Assembly: GCA_027064425.1 (NCBI GenBank)
Contig: JAMOPO010000052.1
Location: 140,521-204,520 of the forward strand
Reading direction: 5' to 3'
Source: Methanobacteriota archaeon
GTDB lineage: Archaea; JAADCQ01; Methanopyri; Methanopyrales; Methanopyraceae
DNA: 64,000 nt
In this document: in pieces, positions 28,240 through 37,343 of the stretch
Position numbering within the stretch: position 1 is the stretch's first letter
Layout of the letters: each line of letters opens with the position of its first letter
Translations under genes and position numbers: made by a program
Notes under the pieces: model-generated
Database searches by the model: none
What the model was told of the DNA's origin: nothing
Seen by the model: the letters and a program-made list of their open reading frames with translations, nothing else

Positions 28240-29472
28240 GTGCCGGAGGAGATCATCGAGCTCAAGGGTCACATCATCGACTCCCTGATCCTGTCCAAGG
28301 TGCTAGACACGATCATGGAGATGGGCGGGGACTTCGAGATCCTAGAGTTCGAGGTCGGAAAGCGCAAGACGGACCCCAGCTACGCCAAGATCCTTGTGAA
28401 GGCGGACGACCCCGACCACCTCAGCGAGATCATCACGGAGCTGAGAAAGTACGGCGCGGTGCCCGTCGAGTCGGACGAGGTCCGGGTGGAACCGGCCCCC
28501 GCCGACGGTGTCTGCCCGCGCGGCTTCTACACCACCACCAACCACCCGACCTTCGTGAAGTTCGACGGCGAGTGGATTGAGGTGGAAAACATCGAGATGG
28601 ACTGCGCGATCGTGATCTACCCGGAGGAGAAGCGGGCCGTGGCCAAGCCCATCCGGGAGGTAAAGAAGGGCGAGCTGGTGGTGGTCGGGGACCGCGGGGT
28701 CAAGGTCAAGCCGCCGGAGCGACCGCGCGGTAGGACCGGCATCTTCGGGTTCATGGAGAGCGACGTGTCGCCCGAGAAGCCCACGCCCACCCTGATCCGT
28801 CAGATCGCCGAGGAGCTCGAGGAGCACCGGAAGAACGGCAAAATCGTCGTGGTGGTGGGGCCGGCCGTCATCCACGCCGGGGCCCGGGACCACCTCGCGT
28901 GGATGATCCGGAACGGATACGTGGACGTTCTCTTCGCGGGCAACGCGGTGGCCGTGCACGACGTGGAGGCGAGCCTGTTCGGGACCTCGCTGGGCGTGGA
29001 CCTGGAGACGGGGGAGCCCGTGAAGGGCGGGCACAGCCACCACCTGTACGCGATCAACGAGATCCGCCGCGTGGGCGGCCTCAAGCAGGCGGTGGAGAAG
29101 GGGATTCTGAAGGACGGGATCATGTACGAGTGCATCGTGAACGACGTGCCCTACGTCCTGGCGGGCTCGATCCGGGACGACGGACCCATCCCGGACGTGA
29201 TCACCGACGTCATGGAGGCGCAGAAGGAGATGCGGCGCCACCTGCGCGGAGCCACGCTGGTCCTCATGCTCGCCACGATGCTGCACTCGATCGCCACCGG
29301 GAACCTGCTGCCGTCCTGGGTGAAGACCATCTGCGTGGACATCAACCCGGCCGTGGTCACGAAGCTCATGGATCGAGGCACGGCGCAGGCGCTGGGGATA
29401 GTGTCGGACGTGGGGGTGTTCCTGCCGGAGCTGGTGAAGGAGCTCAAGAAGATTCGGAACGACGGCGAGTAG
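28240..29472 (+). CDS. TIGR00300 family protein (LOR/SDH-type; ornithine cyclodeaminase-like)
   Basis: [23 protein letters not shown]...[23 protein letters not shown]. Confidence 0.88.
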   Translation: MPEEIIELKGHIIDSLILSKVLDTIMEMGGDFEILEFEVGKRKTDPSYAKILVKADDPDHLSEIITELRKYGAVPVESDEVRVEPAPADGVCPRGFYTTTNHPTFVKFDGEWIEVENIEMDCAIVIYPEEKRAVAKPIREVKKGELVVVGDRGVKVKPPERPRGRTGIFGFMESDVSPEKPTPTLIRQIAEELEEHRKNGKIVVVVGPAVIHAGARDHLAWMIRNGYVDVLFAGNAVAVHDVEASLFGTSLGVDLETGEPVKGGHSHHLYAINEIRRVGGLKQAVEKGILKDGIMYECIVNDVPYVLAGSIRDDGPIPDVITDVMEAQKEMRRHLRGATLVLMLATMLHSIATGNLLPSWVKTICVDINPAVVTKLMDRGTAQALGIVSDVGVFLPELVKELKKIRNDGE

Positions 29473-29731
29473 GTCGCCCCGGGCCGGAGAACTCCTCCAC
29501 TCTCTTCTCGAGAAGCTCCTCCATCACTTTTTTAGCCTCTTTTAACGCCTCTTTGGTGCCCCTGAACGCCAGTACGGTGGTCTTCATACCTCCCCGCTCC
29601 AGCTCCCGCTGGACGACTTTCACGTCGCACCTCCGCTCGACTTCGGCGATGATGTCAGCCGGCACGCCTAATGGGATGATCATGTCGTACTTTTTGGCGT
29701 CCTTCTCCTCACCATCGCCGTTCTCGCTCAC
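29444..29731 (-). CDS. Small hypothetical protein
   Basis: Charged 95-aa ORF ([14 protein letters not shown]) divergent from the 2-PG kinase gene. Confidence 0.6.
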   Translation of the reverse strand: MSENGDGEEKDAKKYDMIIPLGVPADIIAEVERRCDVKVVQRELERGGMKTTVLAFRGTKEALKEAKKVMEELLEKRVEEFSGPGRPTRRRSESS

Positions 29732-29760
29732 GGCGAGATCCCCGACGGGGGTGTGAAAGG

Positions 29761-30729
29761 TTGGCGGAAAAAGGTAGCGGGCCCAAGAAGAAGGGCGGAA
29801 AGGAGGACCGCGAGCGCGAGCGGATCACGGTGAAGTCCAGGCACTACGAGATGCCATTCTCACGCGGGGTCTTGGCCCGATCACTCACGGCCATCGGCGT
29901 GGAACCGCACAAAGCCTACGAGATCGCCCTGAAGATCAAGCGCGAGCTGCAGAAGGAGGGAGTCCGCGAGATCACCACGGACGAGCTGGCCGAGATCATC
30001 CGGGAGAAGCTCGAGGAGATCGACGAGTCGCTGGCCGAGCGGTACGAGCTCTGGCGCCGGATCAAGAAGCGCGAGGAGCCGATCATCGTGCTGATCGGCG
30101 GTGCTTCCGGCGTCGGGACCTCCACGATCGCCGCCGAGGTCGGCCACCGACTCGGCATCACGAACGTGATCGGCACGGACGCCATCCGCGAGGTCATGCG
30201 CCGCGTGCTGGCCGAGGAGCTGTACCCGACCCTCTACGAGTCCTCGTACACCGCCTGGAAGCGGCTACGGTACAAGCCCGCCGAGGACCCCGTGATCACC
30301 GGGTTCCTGGACCACTCGGAGCCCGTCGTCGTGGGCATTGAAGGCGTTGTCAACCGCTCGATCAACGAGGGCATCCACGTGATCATCGAGGGCGTGCACA
30401 TCGTCCCACGGCTCCTCAAGAAGGAGATCCTCAACTACCCGAACGTGTTCGCCTTCATGCTGGCCGTGGAGGACGAGGAGGCGCACAAGTGGCGATTCTA
30501 CGCGAGGTCCCGTGACACCAAGCTGTCCCGCCCGGCCGAGCGGTACCTGAAGTACTTCGAGGAGATCCGGAAGATCCACGACTTCCTGGTCGAGGACGCG
30601 GAGGAGCACGACATCCCGGTGATCAACAACGAGCATATCGACGAGACGGTCGACCAGATCGTGAGCTACATATCATCCAAGCTGCTGAAGGGTGAGAAGG
30701 AGCTGTCGAAGAGCACATCCTGGTGGTGA
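29761..30729 (+). CDS. pgk2: 2-phosphoglycerate kinase (cyclic 2,3-DPG pathway)
   Basis: ATP-cone MPFSRGVLARSL, GGASGVGTSTIA, IIEGVHIVP. Confidence 0.92.
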   Translation: MAEKGSGPKKKGGKEDRERERITVKSRHYEMPFSRGVLARSLTAIGVEPHKAYEIALKIKRELQKEGVREITTDELAEIIREKLEEIDESLAERYELWRRIKKREEPIIVLIGGASGVGTSTIAAEVGHRLGITNVIGTDAIREVMRRVLAEELYPTLYESSYTAWKRLRYKPAEDPVITGFLDHSEPVVVGIEGVVNRSINEGIHVIIEGVHIVPRLLKKEILNYPNVFAFMLAVEDEEAHKWRFYARSRDTKLSRPAERYLKYFEEIRKIHDFLVEDAEEHDIPVINNEHIDETVDQIVSYISSKLLKGEKELSKSTSWW

Positions 30730-30733
30730 GCCC

Positions 30734-31156
30734 ATGAGCCTGCTGGAGGACCTCGAGCGGTGCCGGGCCGAGGATCTCATGACGGAGGACCCGATCACCG
30801 CCTCCCCGGACGACGGGGTCATCGAGGCCTTCGAGACCATGCTCAGGAACGACATCGGGGCGCTCCCCGTCACGGACGACGAGAACCACCTGCTGGGCAT
30901 CGTCACTCGCACCGACCTCGGGAAGGCGCTCCTCGAGGACCGGTACGAGCCGGGGACCACCGTCGAAGAGGTCATGGAGGAGGACGTGGTGGTGGCGCAC
31001 CCCGACGACGATCTCCGTACCGTCCTGAAAAAGATGTGTTCCGCGCCCGAGGGCATCTACAACCAGCTGCCCGTGGTGGACGATAACGGACGGCTCTTAG
31101 GTATCATCGCGGATGGGGACATCATCAGGTGGCTCGCCAGTCGAGTGGAGAAGTAG
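30734..31156 (+). CDS. CBS-domain pair protein
   Basis: IGALPVTD..LLGIVT..D; LPVVD..LLGII..D. Confidence 0.9.
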   Translation: MSLLEDLERCRAEDLMTEDPITASPDDGVIEAFETMLRNDIGALPVTDDENHLLGIVTRTDLGKALLEDRYEPGTTVEEVMEEDVVVAHPDDDLRTVLKKMCSAPEGIYNQLPVVDDNGRLLGIIADGDIIRWLASRVEK

Positions 31157-31158
31157 AA

Positions 31159-31377
31159 GTGAAGCTGAGCGAGCGGCCCCCGAGGGAGCTCTCAGAGCTG
31201 CTTCAAGATCACGGTCTTACGGTGCGGGACGACGGTCGGACCGTGCTCATCCGTGGGTCCAAGGACGATCTGCTGGAGGCCCTGCTGAACGTCCCACCGA
31301 AGCTGTCCATGTCTTCCCGAAAAGTCATCAAAGAGCTGTGGAGGGCGCTGGGAGCGGACCGACCGCGGCTCCGCTAG
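31159..31377 (+). CDS. Small hypothetical protein
   Basis: Fills the gap after the CBS gene; GTG 3 nt after its stop. Confidence 0.45.
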   Translation: MKLSERPPRELSELLQDHGLTVRDDGRTVLIRGSKDDLLEALLNVPPKLSMSSRKVIKELWRALGADRPRLR

Positions 31378-32261
31378 AACACCGAGTAGCTACCCTTCAC
31401 CACCGAATTGTCCACCAGGAAGACCCGCTGCCGGCCCCCCATGTTGGACATCCAGAGCCAGAGCTCAACGCTGCCGCTCTTGGCGTGTTCCGGCAGGACC
31501 ATCGCGGGCACCGTTCGACCCTCGAAGTTCACCGTCCGGCTCCCGATCTTCTCCTCGCCCGGGCCCAGCAGGGTGACGCTCACCCTACCCAGCTGTACCG
31601 TAAGCTGCTCTAGCACCAGACAGCCTCTGGCCCCCGTCTCCTTCAGCGCCCGCTCGATCTGCCGCTTGACCTCCACGTGCTTCCCGTCGCTAACGTTGCA
31701 CAGGACCCGCCCGATCACCGCGTTGTATCGGACTTTAACGTCCGGACCGTCCATGACCCGGCGGCCGAGCTCCCGCCTAACCGCCTCCTTCACGCGCTTC
31801 GCGTCGGGCTTGCCGTCGTACGAGGCCTGGAACATGAACACGGATCCCTTGATTACCACGCTCCGCTGCGCCATCACCTTGTCCTTCAGCGCCTTCTCCA
31901 CGTCCTTCCTGGCCTGATTGGGGTCCATCGTGATCGGCACCAGGGCGTCAACGATCACGACCTCCTGGCCGGCCAGCTTCGTTTTCTGCGCGGAGACTCT
32001 CTCCACGCCCTCGACGCCCTCCACCACCTTCTTCAGGTCCCGCTCCGACACCCCGGGCTTAGGTACGGTCAGGACCCGGACGATCGACACCTGATAGTCG
32101 CGCACGATCCTCGCCTTCACGACGCCCTCCGCCGCGGCCACCTGGGTCGCCTGCCCGGTGAGGGTGAACGTGGGGATGGCGGACAGAACCATCATCGCGG
32201 CCAGGAACAGGATGCCGCCCACCACGATCGTGCGTCGGTGTCGGCGAATCCAGTCGAACAC
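31374..32261 (-). CDS. Membrane-anchored extracellular protein
   Basis: N-terminal basic stretch plus TM; repeated ferredoxin-like alpha/beta patterns. Confidence 0.65.
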   Translation of the reverse strand: MFDWIRRHRRTIVVGGILFLAAMMVLSAIPTFTLTGQATQVAAAEGVVKARIVRDYQVSIVRVLTVPKPGVSERDLKKVVEGVEGVERVSAQKTKLAGQEVVIVDALVPITMDPNQARKDVEKALKDKVMAQRSVVIKGSVFMFQASYDGKPDAKRVKEAVRRELGRRVMDGPDVKVRYNAVIGRVLCNVSDGKHVEVKRQIERALKETGARGCLVLEQLTVQLGRVSVTLLGPGEEKIGSRTVNFEGRTVPAMVLPEHAKSGSVELWLWMSNMGGRQRVFLVDNSVVKGSYSVF

Positions 32262-32264
32262 GGC

Positions 32265-32819
32265 TCACTCCCCCGCGCGCTCCATGAGCATCTCCAGGTA
32301 GGACTTCCGGATCCGCTCGCCCTCGGCCCCCAGCTCCTCCGCCAGCCGACGGAGGTCCTTCTCCGCCCGCTCAATCTCGGAGCGGTCCTTCACGGAGCAC
32401 TCCAGCTCCAGGAACGTCCCCAACCCCTCGACCTCGTCCAGCGTCACCTCAACCTCCCGTCCCGCGAACTTCACCCGGTACACCTCCCGTCGTTTCTTAA
32501 CCTTCACCCGCTCCAGCGGCTCGAACCCTAGTTTTCGCAAAATTTTGTCCATGGCCCCGAAGTCCTCCACCTCGACCTCCACCTCCTCCCGGGACTTCTC
32601 CTCCCCCACCCGGGGCCCCTTGTACGTCAGGACGGTCCGATCGCCCGCCCGGCGCAGGCGTAGCGCCTCGTCCGTCTCCCCGAAGTCCCTGCACGGGTGC
32701 TGGTAGTACAGGTCCACCTGCTCCACCTCGCCCTCAGGCTCGCCCATCTCCCGGAGCCTCTCCCTGACCTCCTCCGGGTTCTCGACCGCTATCTTCACCT
32801 CCACCTCGAACACGCCCAC
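32265..32819 (-). CDS. cyaB: CYTH family protein (class IV adenylate cyclase-like)
   Basis: EVEVK, QVDLYY.HP.RDF..TDEALRLR, LTYKGP, KKRREVY, FLELE. Confidence 0.92.
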   Translation of the reverse strand: MGVFEVEVKIAVENPEEVRERLREMGEPEGEVEQVDLYYQHPCRDFGETDEALRLRRAGDRTVLTYKGPRVGEEKSREEVEVEVEDFGAMDKILRKLGFEPLERVKVKKRREVYRVKFAGREVEVTLDEVEGLGTFLELECSVKDRSEIERAEKDLRRLAEELGAEGERIRKSYLEMLMERAGE

Positions 32820-33978
32820 TCCCCCGCAACAGCTCGGTCAGGAACCCCGGATTAACGGAAAGGTAGCCCAGGACCGCGCCGAGCGCCGCCGGCACGGCGC
32901 AGTCGATCCCGAAGAGCTCCATCACCAGCACCGCGGCCGAGACCGGGGCGTCGAAGGCCACCGCCAGGAACGCGGACATGGAGGCTGCGACCGCCGCCGG
33001 TGCGGGCAGCCCCACCGCCTCGCGGACGGCGGACCCGAAGAAGGCCGACGCGCACACGACTGGCGAGACGAAGCCCGCCGGCACGCCGCTCCCCAGGGTG
33101 AGCGACGTGGCCGCGACCTTGCCCAGGAACGCCAGCAGCGACTCGGCCGGCCCCATCCGCCCCATCGCCGCCGAGGACGCCCAGTCCAGTCCTAACCCCG
33201 TGGCCTGCGGGACCACCAACCCCAGCGCCGCCACCGACAGTCCGGCGAGCAGTGATCGGGCCTCCGACCTGGGGATCCTGTGCAGCCATCGGTAAACGAC
33301 CTGGACCGCGAGCACCAGCCCCCGTGCGGCCGCGGCCGAGACCAGCCCCACGACTGTCAATTTAGGCAGGTCCACCCAGGAGTAAGCGTACGGGGCGTGG
33401 GCCGTCAGCAGGTAGCGCTTCCCCAGGATCAGGCAGTAGACCGTGTACCCGGTGACGCTGGCGACGACGGCGGGCGGCAGGCACGCGTACCTCAGCCTCC
33501 CCGTGAGCGCCTCCAGCGCGAACAGGGCGGCGGCGACCGGGGCGCAGAGGACGCCGGCCACGCCGCCGGACGCGGCCGCGGCCACCAGCCACTCCCGCCG
33601 CAGCCCGGTCAGGCCCCACCGATCCGCGCACCACCGACCCAGGGACACGCAGGATTGCACGCAGGGGCCCACCTGGCCCCCGCTACCGCCCGCCCCGATC
33701 ACGACCCCGGCCAGCAGGAGCTTGAGCGCGCCGGCCACCGGGTTCCTGGCCTCTCCGCGCCGAGCGACGTCCAGGCCCGTGCCTGGGAGCTCCGGATGCA
33801 GCGAGCTCAGGGCTCCGGCAAGCGCCATTACCACCGGCGTCAGCCACCCTGATCCGCCCGACAGCCGGCTCACGACCGCGATGGTCCAGGTGATGGCGGA
33901 GGCGCACAGTCCGCCGGCAGCCCCCAGGGCCAGGGTCGCCGCCGTCCACCGCACCGCTAACGTTAGATCGGTCCGCAG
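32734..33978 (-). CDS. ClC-family chloride channel / transporter
   Basis: GTGL, GGSGGQVGP, AP.AAALFALE, GFVSP, APVSA.VLVMELFG. Start uncertain (CTG 33978 or GTG 33954). Confidence 0.8.
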   Translation of the reverse strand: MRTDLTLAVRWTAATLALGAAGGLCASAITWTIAVVSRLSGGSGWLTPVVMALAGALSSLHPELPGTGLDVARRGEARNPVAGALKLLLAGVVIGAGGSGGQVGPCVQSCVSLGRWCADRWGLTGLRREWLVAAAASGGVAGVLCAPVAAALFALEALTGRLRYACLPPAVVASVTGYTVYCLILGKRYLLTAHAPYAYSWVDLPKLTVVGLVSAAAARGLVLAVQVVYRWLHRIPRSEARSLLAGLSVAALGLVVPQATGLGLDWASSAAMGRMGPAESLLAFLGKVAATSLTLGSGVPAGFVSPVVCASAFFGSAVREAVGLPAPAAVAASMSAFLAVAFDAPVSAAVLVMELFGIDCAVPAALGAVLGYLSVNPGFLTELLRGSGRVRGGGEDSGREPGGGQGEAPGDGRA

Positions 33979-34000
33979 GGCCGACCCCTCCCGGGGCCGG

Positions 34001-34333
34001 GTGATGGGGTGGGAGCTGAGGGTCGAGCGGCGCTGGGATGAGACCGTCTGCGGTCGGGTCCGGGAGCTGTACTCCAACGAGGACTTCTCACTAGCGGAGG
34101 TCGTGGTGGATGGGGAGGGTGAGGAGCACTACCACGAGCGGACTCTGGAGGTCTATTACGTGCTCGAGGGGCGCGGTCGCGTTCACGTGAACGGGCGCCC
34201 CGTGGACGTGCGGCCTGGGGACGTGATCGTCCTGGAACCTGGGGTAAGGCATAAGGTGGAGGGCAAGCTCAGGCTCCTCGTCGCGTGCTCGCCCCCGTTC
34301 GATCCGGACGACGTGCACGTGGAGGAGGGATGA
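34001..34333 (+). CDS. Cupin domain protein
   Basis: HYHERTLEVYYVLEGRG..PGD.I..PGVRH. Confidence 0.9.
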   Translation: MMGWELRVERRWDETVCGRVRELYSNEDFSLAEVVVDGEGEEHYHERTLEVYYVLEGRGRVHVNGRPVDVRPGDVIVLEPGVRHKVEGKLRLLVACSPPFDPDDVHVEEG

Positions 34334-34391
34334 TGAGCTAAGCCTACGCCGACCCGGGCCGGGAGTGATGGAACGGGTGAGCTGCCTGACC
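34328..34391 (+). ncRNA. Box C/D sRNA, probable 23S rRNA (uL11-binding region) double guide
   Basis: C AUGAUGA overlaps the cupin stop; guide GCUAAGCCUACG; D' CCGA; C' GUGAUGG; guide AACGGGUGAGCUGC; D CUGA. Guides complement archaeal 23S GUAGGCUUAG and CAGCUCACCCGU. Confidence 0.82.
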
Positions 34392-34667
34392 TCCCGGGTT
34401 CGAGTCATCCTGCGGCTCCGGGTACCGGAGGAGGTGATCCGATCCCTCGACCCGGACTCGGACCCCTGGTGCTCCGTGCGCGACCGAACGATCCGGATTC
34501 GAGGGGACGGGTTCGGGCCCGTGAAGCACGCCACCGACGACGTGCTCCGGTGCGTGAAGGCTGGCCTGTCGGCGGTGAGGGTGGCGGAGGATGCAGCCGC
34601 TGACGAGGAGGAACAAGGACGAGCACCCGGCCGTGACCGATCCGGACACGACGATCATCCTGGGTGA
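34365..34667 (+). CDS. Possible KEOPS subunit Pcc1-like protein
   Basis: VIRSLDPD..TIRIRGDGFGPVKHATDDVLRCVKA matches the Pcc1 pattern. Start uncertain and overlaps the sRNA. Confidence 0.45.
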   Translation: MMERVSCLTSRVRVILRLRVPEEVIRSLDPDSDPWCSVRDRTIRIRGDGFGPVKHATDDVLRCVKAGLSAVRVAEDAAADEEEQGRAPGRDRSGHDDHPG

Positions 34668-35298
34668 CGTTCAGGCGACCCCGGACTGCGTGATCGGCGA
34701 GCGCGTCCGGCTGGGTCCCGACGTGGAGATGCGCGGGGCGTTGATCTCCGGGGAGTCCGTGGTCTACAACTCGGAGCTCGAGGGGTGCGCGGTGGGCAAG
34801 AGGACGACCGTCACGGGCCGGGTTTCGGAGGGCGTCACGATCCACCACGGCTCCGTCCTCGGGCAGCTGAAGGTCAGTGGGGACATCGAACCCCCCGTCA
34901 TCGGGTCCGGAGCCTTCGTGGGACCGGGGGTCTCTCTGCTTCCCGGCACCGAGGTGGGCGAGGAGGCCGTGCTCCTCCCGAACAGCGTGGTGACCGAGCG
35001 CGTCCCCCGCCGCGGCGTGGTGGGCGGGAACCCCGCGATGCCTCGCGGCGTGGTCGTGGACGTGGAGCGGGTGGAGGTCGAGTTCGACGGATCGGAGTTC
35101 GAGGTCGAGGGACGCCGGGGGCGCGCCTTCGATCTCAGGCTAACTGACGGCGGGCTGGAGGTCGAGGAGGACCGCCCCCACGAGTTCGGGGTGATCGCCG
35201 AGAAGCGGCCGAGGATCGTCCGGCTGGGACACGCGATCGAGCTGCCGCGGCGGCCCTTCACCTTCCCCCTCTACGTGCTCCAGCTGAAGACCAAGTAG
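34591..35298 (+). CDS. Left-handed beta-helix (hexapeptide) acyltransferase-like protein
   Basis: VIGSGAFVGPGVSLLPGTEVGEEAVL..VVGGNPA. Confidence 0.8.
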   Translation: MQPLTRRNKDEHPAVTDPDTTIILGDVQATPDCVIGERVRLGPDVEMRGALISGESVVYNSELEGCAVGKRTTVTGRVSEGVTIHHGSVLGQLKVSGDIEPPVIGSGAFVGPGVSLLPGTEVGEEAVLLPNSVVTERVPRRGVVGGNPAMPRGVVVDVERVEVEFDGSEFEVEGRRGRAFDLRLTDGGLEVEEDRPHEFGVIAEKRPRIVRLGHAIELPRRPFTFPLYVLQLKTK

Positions 35299-35309
35299 GG
35301 GGACCGCCG

Positions 35310-35915
35310 GTGCCCGTCCGCGACTCGGTCCTCATTGACACGGAGGTGGAGGAGGGCCTGGTCATTGGGAGCGTCCTGGAGGGTTGCGAGGTTCGGAGGG
35401 CGGCGGTCGTAGGAACCGTGGCCCACGGGGAGCGGTTCGAGGGGACGGTGGTGGTCGGCGGACGGCCCACCGACGGTGAGGTGACGGTTGTTCCCGTCCG
35501 CGCCGGTGAGTGGGGGGCCGCGTCCGGCGAGGACGAGGTGAGCGTCCCGGACTCGGACGGTGAGGACGTTCTCGCGATCGTGGCGGACGTGAGCGCGATG
35601 GGGCTGCTCCGCGATCTCCTGAAGATCGAGCCGCGACGGGTGGGGCACCACGCTCTCTTCACGTTCTCGGGCTCGCTGCCGGCCCGGCTCAGGAGGCGCC
35701 TGGTGGGGAACCTGGACCTGTTCCGGGAGTGCTGCCCGTGCGCCTACCTGCGAGTTAGCGGCACCGTCATCGCTTTCCGGGGCGGCAAGCAGGTCTTCGA
35801 TGAGCCCGGGGAGGTCGAGTATCGGGACGTGCTGGTCGTGCGGGACGGCAGGCCGGTGCTGTCGGCCTGGAAGGCGGCGACGAAGAGCGTGATCTCCGAG
35901 CTGGGGGCCGGGTGA
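35310..35915 (+). CDS. Hypothetical protein with N-terminal beta-helix-like repeats
   Basis: VIGSVLEGCEV resembles YNSELEGCAV in the upstream gene; translationally coupled to citG. Confidence 0.6.
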   Translation: MPVRDSVLIDTEVEEGLVIGSVLEGCEVRRAAVVGTVAHGERFEGTVVVGGRPTDGEVTVVPVRAGEWGAASGEDEVSVPDSDGEDVLAIVADVSAMGLLRDLLKIEPRRVGHHALFTFSGSLPARLRRRLVGNLDLFRECCPCAYLRVSGTVIAFRGGKQVFDEPGEVEYRDVLVVRDGRPVLSAWKAATKSVISELGAG

Positions 35916-36826
35916 CTCGCGTGGCCGGTCTCCGCGAGCTCCCGGACCTCTTCTGTCGGGCCGTCGTGGTGGAGGTCCTGTCGGGCCCGAAGCCGGGGCT
36001 CGTGGATCCCGTCTCACCGAGCCCGCACCGGGACATGGGGCCCGGCGAGTTCTTCTCCTGTCTTCCCGAGCTGAACCGGTGCCTGCGCGAGGCACTGGAG
36101 CTGGGGCTAGACCGCGAGCCGGTGGAAGAGGTCGTGGATCTGATCCCCGCCTGGAACGTGGACGTGCTGACGGCGTCCTCCGGCCCGAACTCCGTGCGCG
36201 GGGTGCTGTTCCTGGGCGCCGTGTACTGCTACTCGGCCGGGTGGGAGGGGGACGTCTTCCCGTTCTCTCGGATCCGCGAGGTCGGGAGGCTCTGCGCGGA
36301 GAAGCTGTGGGACAGGACGGAGACGAAGTGCGGTCGAAGGCGAGTCCGAGAGGGATTAGCGGGAATCTTCGGCGAGGCGGCGTCCGGGCTTATGACCGCG
36401 AGGACGGTGTCGTTGTCCACCCTGGTCTCGGTGCTGCGCCGGGGCGGAACGCTTGAGGAGGCCGTCGTGCAGTCGGTCCTGGCCTGCATGTCCGTTCTGG
36501 AGGACGCCGGGCTCCCCCCGCGGACGCGGGAGTGGGTGAGGCGAAGGTCCCGCGAGGTGTTGGAGATGGGAGGGGTGTTGACCCGGCGGGGTCGGGAGGA
36601 GCTCTGGTCCTTTGTGGAGGAGTGCGCACGGAGGGAGGTCAGCCCGGGCGCGTCGGGGGACGTGACGATCGTTGGGCTCGTGCTGCTCTTCCTCCGGTGG
36701 GGGAGGGACCTTTCCTCCCCGTATCTTGATCCTCCGGGACGGTGGGGTCGGGGAGCAGGTGGGGAGGACCGTTCGGGTCCTGGTGCGCGGGGACGGGACG
36801 CGGGTCGTGGCCTCTCGAGGGGATAG
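35912..36826 (+). CDS. citG: Triphosphoribosyl-dephospho-CoA synthase (CitG/MdcB family)
   Basis: EV...PKPGLVD....HRDM, N..RG.LFL, G..GEA..G, SPGASGD. Confidence 0.85.
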   Translation: MTRVAGLRELPDLFCRAVVVEVLSGPKPGLVDPVSPSPHRDMGPGEFFSCLPELNRCLREALELGLDREPVEEVVDLIPAWNVDVLTASSGPNSVRGVLFLGAVYCYSAGWEGDVFPFSRIREVGRLCAEKLWDRTETKCGRRRVREGLAGIFGEAASGLMTARTVSLSTLVSVLRRGGTLEEAVVQSVLACMSVLEDAGLPPRTREWVRRRSREVLEMGGVLTRRGREELWSFVEECARREVSPGASGDVTIVGLVLLFLRWGRDLSSPYLDPPGRWGRGAGGEDRSGPGARGRDAGRGLSRG

Positions 36827-37343
36827 GAAGTTTTTTAAGCGAAGCGAGGTCGGGGTCGAGCGAGAGTTAACGCCGTGGGAGGCCTACCGGGAGATTTGTA
36901 CCCGGCTGGAGCTTAACTCGCTGGAACCTCCCGAGGACGTCGGGCACCCGGTCGACCCCGAGACGGGGTACCGGGTGCTGGAGCTCCTGGACCTGTTATG
37001 GCGGTCCGGGATCGAGGGGCTGGGCGTAACCGGCACGGTGGGCTGCGCGGCACCCCTCCACGACCTTACGGTGGGGAATCCGGTCGGGTGGACGAGCCTC
37101 CGGGTGGCGAACCCCGGCTCCGACCTCGACTTAATAATCAGGGAGAAGGGAACTCTACGGGAGCTCCTGAACCTGGGCTTTAGAGTCGTCAGGCGACGGG
37201 GTGACGGGGCGCTCCTGTCCCCGGAGCGGGTCACGGGTTTCCGTACTCCTCTACTCGACGTGAGGTGGGGGTGCGACGTTGGCGGACGACCTGGACAGCC
37301 TCCTGCCGAAGACCTCAGAGAGCACCAGCCTGAGCACCCTTAA
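36726..37343 (+). CDS. MdcG-like phosphoribosyl-dephospho-CoA transferase (nucleotidyltransferase fold)
   Basis: [17 protein letters not shown] resembles MdcG WG.TGS.G..SDLDLL.R; directly after citG. Start uncertain (36726 or 36759). Confidence 0.5.
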   Translation: MILRDGGVGEQVGRTVRVLVRGDGTRVVASRGDRKFFKRSEVGVERELTPWEAYREICTRLELNSLEPPEDVGHPVDPETGYRVLELLDLLWRSGIEGLGVTGTVGCAAPLHDLTVGNPVGWTSLRVANPGSDLDLIIREKGTLRELLNLGFRVVRRRGDGALLSPERVTGFRTPLLDVRWGCDVGGRPGQPPAEDLREHQPEHP

